Shown: positions 48,933-56,690 of the stretch, piece by piece
Position numbering within the stretch: the first letter of the stretch is position 1
Layout: every line of letters starts with the position of its first letter
Source: Myxococcota bacterium
Lineage (GTDB): Bacteria; Myxococcota_A; UBA9160; UBA4427
Direction of reading: 5' to 3'
NCBI GenBank assembly: GCA_046583195.1
Contig: JAYGCV010000128.1
Coordinates: 10,113-74,112, forward strand
DNA: 64,000 bases
Translations under genes and position numbers: made by a program
Notes under the pieces: model-generated
Seen by the model: the letters and a program-made list of their open reading frames with translations, nothing else
Databases searched by the model: none
Told to the model about the DNA's origin: nothing

Positions 48933-49006
48933 GGGCCCTTAGCTCAGTTGGTGAGAGCAACCGGCTCATAACCGGACGGTCCCAGGTTCGAGTCCTGGAG
49001 GGCCCA
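48933..49006 (+). tRNA. tRNA with CAU anticodon (elongator Met or lysidine-modified Ile2; not initiator)
   Basis: The manual cloverleaf has acceptor GGGCCCT/AGGGCCC, D-arm GCTC-AGTTGGTGA-GAGC and an anticodon loop CTCATAA. The T-arm is CCAGG-TTCGAGT-CCTGG with discriminator A. The paired 1:72 and the absence of a GGG/CCC anticodon stem argue against fMet. CCA is not encoded. Confidence 0.85.
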
Positions 49007-49090
49007 CCGCGTCCTGCGCGCGTCGATCAGAATCCCAGGGCCGAAGGCCGCGCTGCGACCCGCCCCGAAAATTCGCCGCGCGCGGCAATC

Positions 49091-49808
49091 CTACTTGTTG
49101 TGGACCAGAATCCCGCTCTCGCCGACGTAGAAGCTTTGGGTGCCGTCGACTTCGATGTTGTAGACGAGACCCCTGCCGCGGGCGACGGATCCGCCGGGAG
49201 CTTTACCGAAGGCGGCGTTTGCCGCTCTGGCCGTGGCCGCCTATCCCGCATAGAACGTGGGCATGTCCACGCGCTGGCTGCGCACCACCTTTGAGAGATG
49301 TCCTTCGCGGGTGCGGAGTACGTCGCCTGCGACGATCTCGCCGGCCTCGGTAGCCGCGACCGGTCACCCAGAAGGGGTGGCTGTCGGTGGTGTGCAGGAC
49401 CTGTCCGGCCACTTCGATCTCGCGCAGCTGGTGGGCCGGGTGCTCGTAGACCTTCGTCACCTTCGCCAGCACGCTCTGGCCGGTGTTCGGGTCGAAGGAC
49501 CAGACCTTCTCGCCGACCGCAATGTTCTCGATCGGGCGGGGTCCGGTCTCGGTGGCCACCGCGGTGTCCCCGCGGAAGCAGCCGGAATAGAAGCGGTCTC
49601 GCCCACTGCAGGTAACCGCACCCCTGCCAAAGACGGCTTCGAAAACCGTGGTTTCTTCGTCGCTGAGTCCAAGTGATTCGGCGAGATCGCTGCCGCAGCG
49701 CGCCTTCCAGCTGACGCGCCCTCCCTGCAGGTCCCCGCCGCGCTCGTTGGCGCGTGCCGTCCAACTGGCACTACAGGATTCCACGGTGACCTCGCTGACC
49801 GAGGCCAC
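49091..49808 (-). pseudogene. decayed Hint / bacterial intein-like (BIL) domain gene (one frameshift, one in-frame TAG)
   Basis: ORF 49203..49808 carries Hint blocks A/B (CFRGDTAVATETG..., TTDSHPFWV). After about 49361 the sense continues in another frame (VAATEAGEIVAGDVLRTREG...), passes a TAG at 49241-49243, and ends GLVYNIEVDGTQSFYVGESGILVHNK-stop at 49091-49093. Confidence 0.7.
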
Positions 49809-49859
49809 CCGGCCGCTGCGTGCGGGGACCCGCTAGCTTCGCGCTGCGAGGAGGGAGCC

Positions 49860-50291
49860 GTGCCCGAAATCGAAACGAGCGTTGGCGGCGCCTGTTATTG
49901 CGGGGCGGTCGGCTTCGAGGTCCGTCTGCCCACGCTCTGGTGCGGCCACTGCCACTGCAGCATGTGTCGTCGCAGCCATGGGGCCGGCTTCGTGACCTGG
50001 TTCGCGGTCCCGCGCGAGCGCTTTTTGCTCAGCGCGGGCGAAGAGAATTTGGTTCGCTTCGCTTCGTCGGATCACGGCACCCGCTCCTTCTGCGGCCGCT
50101 GCGGCAGCACCCTCTTCTGCGAATCGTCAAAGCACCCCGAGCAGGTCGACATCGTGCTCGCCAACATGCAGGCTGCGATCGACCGCGCGCCCCAGGCCCA
50201 CATCTATTGGAGCGATCGCGCCGACTGGATCAGCGCCGACGACGGCCTTCCAAAACTGGGCGGCGAAACCGGCCTCGAACCGCTTGCCTAG
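49860..50291 (+). CDS. GFA-family (glutathione-dependent formaldehyde-activating / CENP-V-like) zinc protein
   Basis: Cys pattern GACYCGAV...CHCSMCRRSHGAGF...FCGRCGSTLF. Confidence 0.8.
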   Translation: MPEIETSVGGACYCGAVGFEVRLPTLWCGHCHCSMCRRSHGAGFVTWFAVPRERFLLSAGEENLVRFASSDHGTRSFCGRCGSTLFCESSKHPEQVDIVLANMQAAIDRAPQAHIYWSDRADWISADDGLPKLGGETGLEPLA

Positions 50292-50368
50292 GCATCCGCC
50301 GCCCGTGCGCTGTTCGGCCGAACGGGCGGGGCAGTCGCTGCAGCCGGTCGCTGGGAGGATCCACTTCG

Positions 50369-50770
50369 ATGCAACCCCGACTCAGTCTGCTGACCCTCGG
50401 TGTCGCCGATCTCGACCGCGCCACCGACTTCTACGCCGACGTTCTCGGTCTGCCGAGGCTGCCGTCGCCGCCATCGATCGTCTTTTTCGAACTCGGAAAG
50501 ACGTGGCTGGCCCTCTACCCGCGCGAAGCGCTTGCCGCGGATGCCGGTGTCGAAGCCGACCCAGCGCCGCGCTTCCCGGGCTTTTGCCTGGCGCACAACG
50601 TGGCCTCGGAAGCCGAAGTCGATGCGCTCGTTGCCGAAGTCGAGGCCGGGGGCGGCCGTATCGTGAAGCCCCCCCAGCACGCCGATTGGGGTGGCTACTC
50701 GGGGTATTTCGCTGACCCGGACGGCTTCCTGTGGGAGGTCGCGTGGAACCCCAATTTTCCGCACGTCTAA
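50369..50770 (+). CDS. VOC-family (glyoxalase/bleomycin-resistance fold) protein
   Basis: MQPRLSLLTLGVADLDRATDFYADVLGL ... GYFADPDGFLWEVAWNP. ATG at 50369 within the longer ORF-track frame. Confidence 0.8.
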   Translation: MQPRLSLLTLGVADLDRATDFYADVLGLPRLPSPPSIVFFELGKTWLALYPREALAADAGVEADPAPRFPGFCLAHNVASEAEVDALVAEVEAGGGRIVKPPQHADWGGYSGYFADPDGFLWEVAWNPNFPHV

Positions 50771-51024
50771 AGATCGTATAGACTCGAAACTGCGCGGAAG
50801 GGAACGAGGCATGGCCGAAGTGTCGGCGGGAGAGCAGATCGACCTGGTTTCGATCCCGAGCCCACACTGGCTCTGGATCGGCGTCGGCACCCTCGTCGGC
50901 GCGGTCGCTCTCACGATTCTCCCGGAGAGGGTCTGGGGGACCTACGTCGGCGGAAGGGATCCGGGCGCGGGAGCGGGCGGGTGCTGAGCCCGAGCCCCCG
51001 GCGGTACCGGGTCCGACGTCGCCG

Positions 51025-52230
51025 ATGAGTGTCGACCTCCGCACGCGAGTCGATTCGGAGCAGGCACCGGTAGAGGCGGCGACCTTCTTCCGAGAGACCC
51101 TGCCCGCCCTCTTCGACGCACACCAGGCCTTGATCGCCCCCGGTGCCAGCAAACTCCTCCTCGAAGATTTCTGCATCGAGACCGAGGGCGAGTCCTTCAG
51201 CCTGCGCTGGCGTGACGCCCGGGTCGAGGTGTTGGAGGGAAACCGGGGCAGCGTCCACGTGCGACTCACGCGCGAACAATTAAGCGACCTGGCGAACGAC
51301 CAGAGCACGCCGGTGGCCTGGATGAGCACCCGCACCCTCGACATGCCCGAGGGAAACCTCGCGGATTTCCTGAACTGGTGGCTCGTACTGCGCGCCGCCC
51401 TTGACGAGCGACGCATCCATGCACCGGGCGACGTTCGCTTCGCGGGCGAGACGAGGCGCAGCTTCACGCCCGAAGATTCGGACGAGGTCATGCGCGCCTT
51501 TCTCGAGGACTGCGGCTACCTGCATATCCGCGGGCTGTTTACGAAAGAGGAGATGGCGGCGGTCGAAGCCGACTACGCCGTGGCGGAGCCGCACTACGAG
51601 AAGGGCGATCCCCGCGCGTGGTTCGCGACGACGAAGGACGGCACCGAGCACCTGGTGCGGATGGAGGGCTTCGACCGCTTCAGCGAGACCACCGCATCGC
51701 TGATCGACGAGGATCGGTTCCAGCGGATCGCGGGCATCCCCGGAATCGGTCACGAGATGGTTCGAAAACCCGGTACCCGGGTGGGAGCCCTGTCGAAGCC
51801 GATCGGCGTGGTGAAGGGGATCTCCGACGTCCCCTGGCACAAGGACTGCAGCCTCGGTCGTCACTCCTACGAGTGCTGCGGGATCACCGTCGGGATCTCG
51901 GTCACCGGTGCCGACGCGCGATCGGGCCAGCTGCGGGTCGTTCCGGGTACTCACCGTGCGCTGGTCTGGCCCGCGCCGACCACCCAGCCGGGCCTCGACC
52001 TCGAGCCCGTCGCTCTCCCCACCAAAACCGGCGACGTGACTGTGCACCTCTCCTGCACCCAGCACATGAGCCAACCCCCGGTCGAGCGCGGCCGAAAGGT
52101 TCTTTACACCGGCTTCGGCCAGCGGCCCGTCGATCGCGAGGCCGCCGATCGGAACCGCCAGCGATTGAACCGCGTGCGCGCGAAGACCCACACCAGCATC
52201 TCGCAGGAGCCCGGCTACCTCGGCGATTGA
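51025..52230 (+). CDS. phytanoyl-CoA dioxygenase (PhyH)-like Fe(II)/2OG oxygenase family protein with extra N-terminal domain
   Basis: The C-terminal half has a PhyH-like outline (GYLHIRGLF, VPWHKDCS with an HxD-type motif, RVVPGTHR, VTVHLSCTQH). About 150 aa at the N-terminus belong to no family I recognise. The family call is tentative. Confidence 0.6.
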   Translation: MSVDLRTRVDSEQAPVEAATFFRETLPALFDAHQALIAPGASKLLLEDFCIETEGESFSLRWRDARVEVLEGNRGSVHVRLTREQLSDLANDQSTPVAWMSTRTLDMPEGNLADFLNWWLVLRAALDERRIHAPGDVRFAGETRRSFTPEDSDEVMRAFLEDCGYLHIRGLFTKEEMAAVEADYAVAEPHYEKGDPRAWFATTKDGTEHLVRMEGFDRFSETTASLIDEDRFQRIAGIPGIGHEMVRKPGTRVGALSKPIGVVKGISDVPWHKDCSLGRHSYECCGITVGISVTGADARSGQLRVVPGTHRALVWPAPTTQPGLDLEPVALPTKTGDVTVHLSCTQHMSQPPVERGRKVLYTGFGQRPVDREAADRNRQRLNRVRAKTHTSISQEPGYLGD

Positions 52231-52251
52231 GGCCGACGCGCCCAGGCGTTC

Positions 52252-53133
52252 TCAATCCGTGGGCAGGGTCCCCGCGAGCGCTTCACGCCCGTGGATGGCT
52301 TCGGCGAACTGCAAGAAGGAGGGGCCGCGGCGCAGGTGGTGGCCGCCGTCGACGTCGATGGCGGTTCCGGTGATCCAGCGCGCTTCGGGCCCGAGCAGGA
52401 AACGGCAGAGCGCCGCGACGTCGCGTCCCTCGCCCACGTCGCCAAGCGGGGTGTTCTCGATGTAGCTCCGATAGACGTCGCTGTCGCGCGGGATGCCCTC
52501 CATCAACTCGGTGGCGATGAAGCCCGGGCGCACCGCGTTGAAGCGGATCTTCGCGGGTCCATATTCGTCGGCAGCGTTGCGCATCATTTCTTCGATGCCC
52601 GCCTTGCCGACGGTGTAAGCGCCGAAATAGGGATGGGTAACGTGCGCCGCGATCGAGGACATCCCCACGAAGCTGCCGCCGCCCGCCGCGATCATCCGCG
52701 GCAGCGTGTGCTTCACGCAGAGCATCGTGCCGAGCACGTTCAGGTGGAGCACGCGCAGGAATTCGTCCTTCTCCTGCAGGGCGTAGGGAGCCATGGCGCC
52801 GCCGCCCCCGGCATTGGCGATGCAGCCGTCGAGTTGGCCGGTAACTTCGGCCGCGCGTTTGACCGCAGCCTCGACCGAAGCCTCGTCGGTGACGTCGGCC
52901 TCGATGCTGTGGATCGAACCGCCGTGCTCCGGGGCAATGCGCGCCACCGCGTCGGCGAGCCGCTCCGGGTTGCGGCCGCAGATGGTGACCGCGGCGCCGT
53001 CGGTCGCCAGCGCGGCGGCACAGGCGCGGCCGATACCACTGCCGCCGCCCGTCACGAGGTAGGCGCGTCCTTCGAGTCCACCGGAACTGCTGGTTAAGGG
53101 TTCGATGCCCTCGGGGGCGTGGGGCGTGGACAT
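52252..53133 (-). CDS. SDR-family oxidoreductase
   Basis: Motifs TGGGSGIGRA, NAGGGG, and the catalytic YxxxK (YFGAYTVGKAG). Confidence 0.88.
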   Translation of the reverse strand: MSTPHAPEGIEPLTSSSGGLEGRAYLVTGGGSGIGRACAAALATDGAAVTICGRNPERLADAVARIAPEHGGSIHSIEADVTDEASVEAAVKRAAEVTGQLDGCIANAGGGGAMAPYALQEKDEFLRVLHLNVLGTMLCVKHTLPRMIAAGGGSFVGMSSIAAHVTHPYFGAYTVGKAGIEEMMRNAADEYGPAKIRFNAVRPGFIATELMEGIPRDSDVYRSYIENTPLGDVGEGRDVAALCRFLLGPEARWITGTAIDVDGGHHLRRGPSFLQFAEAIHGREALAGTLPTD

Positions 53134-53202
53134 GGTTTCTCCTCCTGGCCAGCGCGATCGGCTCGGCGAAACCTACCGCACGCCGCAGCGGAACGGGCCG
53201 GG

Positions 53203-53330
53203 CCGAAAACGGGGACGCGCGCGGGTACATCGTTGCCCTGTTGCCTCTTCGGCAGGCGGTCGGTCGTCTACTTTCCGGGGCCACGGCCACGGCGGTGGAC
53301 CGCGAGAAGTAGACAACGTCTCCGCTTCGC
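53203..53330. repeat. intergenic palindromic element, degenerate member of the CGGGGACG-core family (after the pcm 3' end)
   Basis: CCGAAAACGGGGACG (53203-53217) matches 13442-13457 apart from one fewer A. The reverse complement of 53301-53330 (gcgaagcggagacgttgtctacttctcgcg) matches the 47412 arm at about 25 of 30 positions. A partner arm gtcgtctactt lies at 53264-53274. Confidence 0.6.
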
Positions 53331-53332
53331 GG

Positions 53333-54073
53333 TCAGTCGCGCTCGGCCTCGCCGACCATCGGAACGAAGCGGACCGGCAGCAGCGATTCGAAGTGGAGCC
53401 CCTGTGCGTCGCGCGTGACGAGGACCAGCTCCTGGAGGCCGACGCCGACGGGCGCGACCAGGCGTCCGCCGACCGCGAGTTGCTCGAGTAGAGGCTCCGG
53501 GATGTCGTCGGGGGCCGCGGTCAGCAAAATGGCGTCGAAGGGGGCGTGTTCCGGCCAGCCCCCATAGCCGTCGCCGCTCCGCACCTCGACGTTCGCGATT
53601 CCCTTCGCTTCGAGGAGTGCCCGGCTGCGCTGCGCCAGGGCCTCGACGATTTCGATCGAGTAGACGCGCGCGGCAAGTCGCCCGAGGATGGCCGCCTGGT
53701 AGCCGGATCCAGTGCCGATCTCGAGCACCTTCTCACTGCCATCGAGTTCGAGTTGCTCGGTCATGAAAGCGACGATGTAGGGCTGCGAGATCGTCTGGCC
53801 GTAGCCAATGGGAAGGGGTGAATCACGGTGGGCGCGGTCGCGCACCTCGGCGGGGACGAAGTCGGCCCGCGGGATCTCGCGCATCGCTTGCAACACGCGG
53901 GGGTCGCGGATGCCGCGCGCCTCGATCTGCGAATGCACCATGAACTCGCGCTCCTGTTGCTCGAGTGGAGGGGCAGGAGGCGGGTCGGTCTCGACCCGCG
54001 GGCTCGCCTCGCAGCCCACCAGCACCGCGAGAGCCGAGAGCAGCGGAAGCACGCCTGCGAAGGATTGGGACAC
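53333..54073 (-). CDS. pcm: protein-L-isoaspartate O-methyltransferase with predicted lipoprotein signal
   Basis: Pcm core (GYGQTISQPYIVAFM, VLEIGTGSGYQAA). The N-terminus (V)SQSFAGVLPLLSALAVLVGC has lipobox LVGC. The GTG start at 54073 is provisional; the ORF track starts at 54205. Confidence 0.85.
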   Translation of the reverse strand: MSQSFAGVLPLLSALAVLVGCEASPRVETDPPPAPPLEQQEREFMVHSQIEARGIRDPRVLQAMREIPRADFVPAEVRDRAHRDSPLPIGYGQTISQPYIVAFMTEQLELDGSEKVLEIGTGSGYQAAILGRLAARVYSIEIVEALAQRSRALLEAKGIANVEVRSGDGYGGWPEHAPFDAILLTAAPDDIPEPLLEQLAVGGRLVAPVGVGLQELVLVTRDAQGLHFESLLPVRFVPMVGEAERD

Positions 54074-54191
54074 TCGATACCTCGGGCCTCTCAGTGTACG
54101 TCCGCCGGGATCGGTGAAATGGGCCCTTTTGCTATGCTCCAAGATAGTCGGTCGCGTGGGCGCGGCGACCTCCACCAGGCGGCGATGGACG

Positions 54192-55232
54192 ATGCGAAAA
54201 GACAAGGACCGCTACTGGGATTGCCTGGACCAGGCGATGGAAGCTTCGCACGGGGGCCGCACCGACGAGGCCCTCGCCTGGCTCGACGAGGCCCTGAAGG
54301 CCCAGCCGGGCGGTGCCGAGGCCCACAACGGCCGCGGCGAGATCCTGTGGGACGAGGCGCGGGTGGACGAGGCGCTCGCTGAGTTCGAGCGGGCCATCGA
54401 CACCGACCGCAAGTTCACGGCCGCCCACATGAACCGTGCCGAACTCCTGATCGAGGAGCTGGGCGAGTTCGAGGCCGCGCTCCGCCAGTGCGACACCCTG
54501 CTCGCCGGGAATCCGGAAATGCCCCGGGCGGATCGGCTGCTCCAGGCCGAGATCCACTACCTGAAGTCGAAGGCACTCTTTTACCTCGACGATCTCGAGG
54601 GGGCGGCCTTCCTGGTGCGCCGCGCGAGCCAGGCCGTGGCCGACCAGCCGGTGTACTTCGCCTTCGAGGGACAGATCCTCTTCGAACTCGGCCAGAGCGA
54701 CGACGCGCGCCGCGTTCTCGAACGCGCCGTGGCGATGGACCCCGACGCTCCCCACGCGCTTTATCACCTGGCGTTGGTCCTCGAACGCCTCGAGAGCGCC
54801 GAAGCCTCGGAGCCTCTCTTTGTCCGCGCCAACGCCCTCGATCCCGACCACTACCCGCTCCCGGCCGAAGTCGACACCGAGACCTTCGAGCAGGCAGTGC
54901 GCGAATCCCTCGACAACCTTCCGCGATCGATCCGCGAGTACATCGAACCCGTCGAGGTGATGGTCGAAGACTGGCCGTCGAATGAACTCGTCTCTTCCGA
55001 GAGGATCTCCCCGCAGATCCTGGGAATTTTCATTGGCGTACCGCGAACCGGAGCTTCTCTCGACGTACAGGTACACGATCTCGATCGCGTGATTCTTTTC
55101 AAGAAAAATCTCGAGAAGGTCTGTCGCAGCGTCGACGAATTGATCGACCAGATCGAGATCACCGTCCGTCACGAGATCGGGCACTATCTCGGTCTCGATG
55201 AAGACGACATGGAGCGGCTCGGTCTCGCGTAG
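54192..55232 (+). CDS. TPR-repeat protein with C-terminal minimal zincin (HExxH) metallopeptidase-like domain
   Basis: ATG at 54192 (MRKDKDRYW). TPR-like repeats (AEAHNGRGEILWDEARVDEALAEFERAIDTD...). The C-terminal VRHEIGHYLGLDEDDMERLG resembles the DUF1025/zincin-1 family. Confidence 0.75.
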   Translation: MRKDKDRYWDCLDQAMEASHGGRTDEALAWLDEALKAQPGGAEAHNGRGEILWDEARVDEALAEFERAIDTDRKFTAAHMNRAELLIEELGEFEAALRQCDTLLAGNPEMPRADRLLQAEIHYLKSKALFYLDDLEGAAFLVRRASQAVADQPVYFAFEGQILFELGQSDDARRVLERAVAMDPDAPHALYHLALVLERLESAEASEPLFVRANALDPDHYPLPAEVDTETFEQAVRESLDNLPRSIREYIEPVEVMVEDWPSNELVSSERISPQILGIFIGVPRTGASLDVQVHDLDRVILFKKNLEKVCRSVDELIDQIEITVRHEIGHYLGLDEDDMERLGLA

Positions 55233-55253
55233 CGCCGCCGCACGGGGTTTGCG

Positions 55254-56690
55254 ATGTCGGTGCTGATCGACCGTCTCAGCAGGATCGTCGGTGCACGCCA
55301 TTGTCTGGCGAGCGCCGAGGAACTCTTCGTCTACGAGTGCGACGGGTTGACCCTCGATCCGGTACGCCCGGTGGCGGTGGTCCTGCCGGTCGACGCCGCC
55401 GAGGTTTCCGGAGTGGTGCGGGTGTGTTCCGAACTCGGGCATCCGGTGGTTCCGCGCGGAGCGGGAACCGGGCTCTCCGGGGGCGCGCAACCGATCGAAG
55501 GCTCGGTCGTGGTGGAGTGCTCGCGGATGGACCGGATCCTCGAAATTCGCCCCGAAGATCGCGTCGCCGTGGTGCAGCCCGGGGTGATCAACGCCGAACT
55601 CTCGACCGCCGTCGCCGAACTCGGCCTCTTTTATGCCCCCGACCCGTCGAGCCAGCAGGCCTGCACCATCGGTGGCAACGTCGCCGAAAATTCGGGTGGC
55701 CCCCACACCCTCAAGTACGGCACGACGACCAACCATGTGCTCGCCCTCGAATTGGTGCAGAGCGATGGCGAACGCCTGCGGCTCGGTAGCCGCGCAGGAC
55801 GCTCCCGCGAGTTCGATCTGGTGGGCGTCGTGGTGGGAAGCGAGGGCACTCTCGGGATCGTGACCGAGATCAGTGTGCGGCTCTCCCCGATTCCGGAAGG
55901 CGTCGAGACGTTGCTCGCCATCTTCGACGACACGGTCTCGGCGTGCCGCGCCGTGGGGAGCATCATTCGCAGCGGCCTGATTCCCGCGGCCCTCGAGATC
56001 ATCGATCAGCGCACGATCAACGCGGTCGAGGACAGTGTCTACCGAGCCGGCCTGCCCCGTGACGCCGGAGCGGTGTTGATCGCAGAAGTCGACGGCGCGC
56101 CATGCTCGCTACCCGGAGAAGTGGAACGCATTGGAGAATGCGCGCGCGAAGCTGGTGCGAGGGAGTGTCGGGTGGCGCGCGACGAAGCCGAGCGCGCGCG
56201 CTTCTGGCGGGCGCGAAAGGGGGCCTTCGGCGCCATGGGCCGTCTTGCGCCCGACCTCTACGTCCACGACGCGGTCGTGCCCCGCGCGAGACTCCCGGAG
56301 GTCATCGAGAAGATCTGCGAGATCGGCGACCGCTACCAACTCACGCTCTCGAACGTCTTTCACGCCGGCGACGGAAACCTCCACCCGAACATCTCCTTCG
56401 ATCGACGCAATGCAGAGGAGGTCGAACGGGTGATCGCGGCGGGGCGCGAAATTCTCGAAACTTGCGTTGCGGCCGGTGGCGTCATCACCGGCGAACACGG
56501 CATCGGAGTCGAAAAGCGCGACTACATGAAGCTCGTATTCGAGGACGAGGACCTGCTGCCGATGCTCTATGTGCGCGACGCTTTCGACCCGGAGCGTGTC
56601 TTCAACCCGACCAAGATATTCCCAACGACCCGATTCTGTTTCGAATCGAACCCCCGGGCCCGGGGATACGACCGCGTTCCATTCAAATGA
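55254..56690 (+). CDS. glcD: glycolate oxidase subunit GlcD (FAD-linked oxidase)
   Basis: 478 aa. FAD-binding PCMH domain (PRGAGTGLSGGAQP) and C-terminal GEHGIGVEKR. Followed by glcE and glcF. Confidence 0.9.
   Translation: MSVLIDRLSRIVGARHCLASAEELFVYECDGLTLDPVRPVAVVLPVDAAEVSGVVRVCSELGHPVVPRGAGTGLSGGAQPIEGSVVVECSRMDRILEIRPEDRVAVVQPGVINAELSTAVAELGLFYAPDPSSQQACTIGGNVAENSGGPHTLKYGTTTNHVLALELVQSDGERLRLGSRAGRSREFDLVGVVVGSEGTLGIVTEISVRLSPIPEGVETLLAIFDDTVSACRAVGSIIRSGLIPAALEIIDQRTINAVEDSVYRAGLPRDAGAVLIAEVDGAPCSLPGEVERIGECAREAGARECRVARDEAERARFWRARKGAFGAMGRLAPDLYVHDAVVPRARLPEVIEKICEIGDRYQLTLSNVFHAGDGNLHPNISFDRRNAEEVERVIAAGREILETCVAAGGVITGEHGIGVEKRDYMKLVFEDEDLLPMLYVRDAFDPERVFNPTKIFPTTRFCFESNPRARGYDRVPFK

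Noticed and set aside
49091-49808. Classical intein interrupting a host gene.
   Set aside because: The flanking sequences show no extein homology, the +1 residue after HN is Lys followed by a stop, and the element is broken. A BIL/toxin-type Hint relic fits better.
50811-50987. 58-aa ORF (MAEVSAGEQIDLVSIPSPHWLWIGVGTLVGAVALTILPER...) with one TM segment, upstream of the PhyH-like gene.
   Set aside because: It is short, has no recognisable RBS or family, and could be chance in this GC context. It is mentioned only inside the accessory-patch finding.
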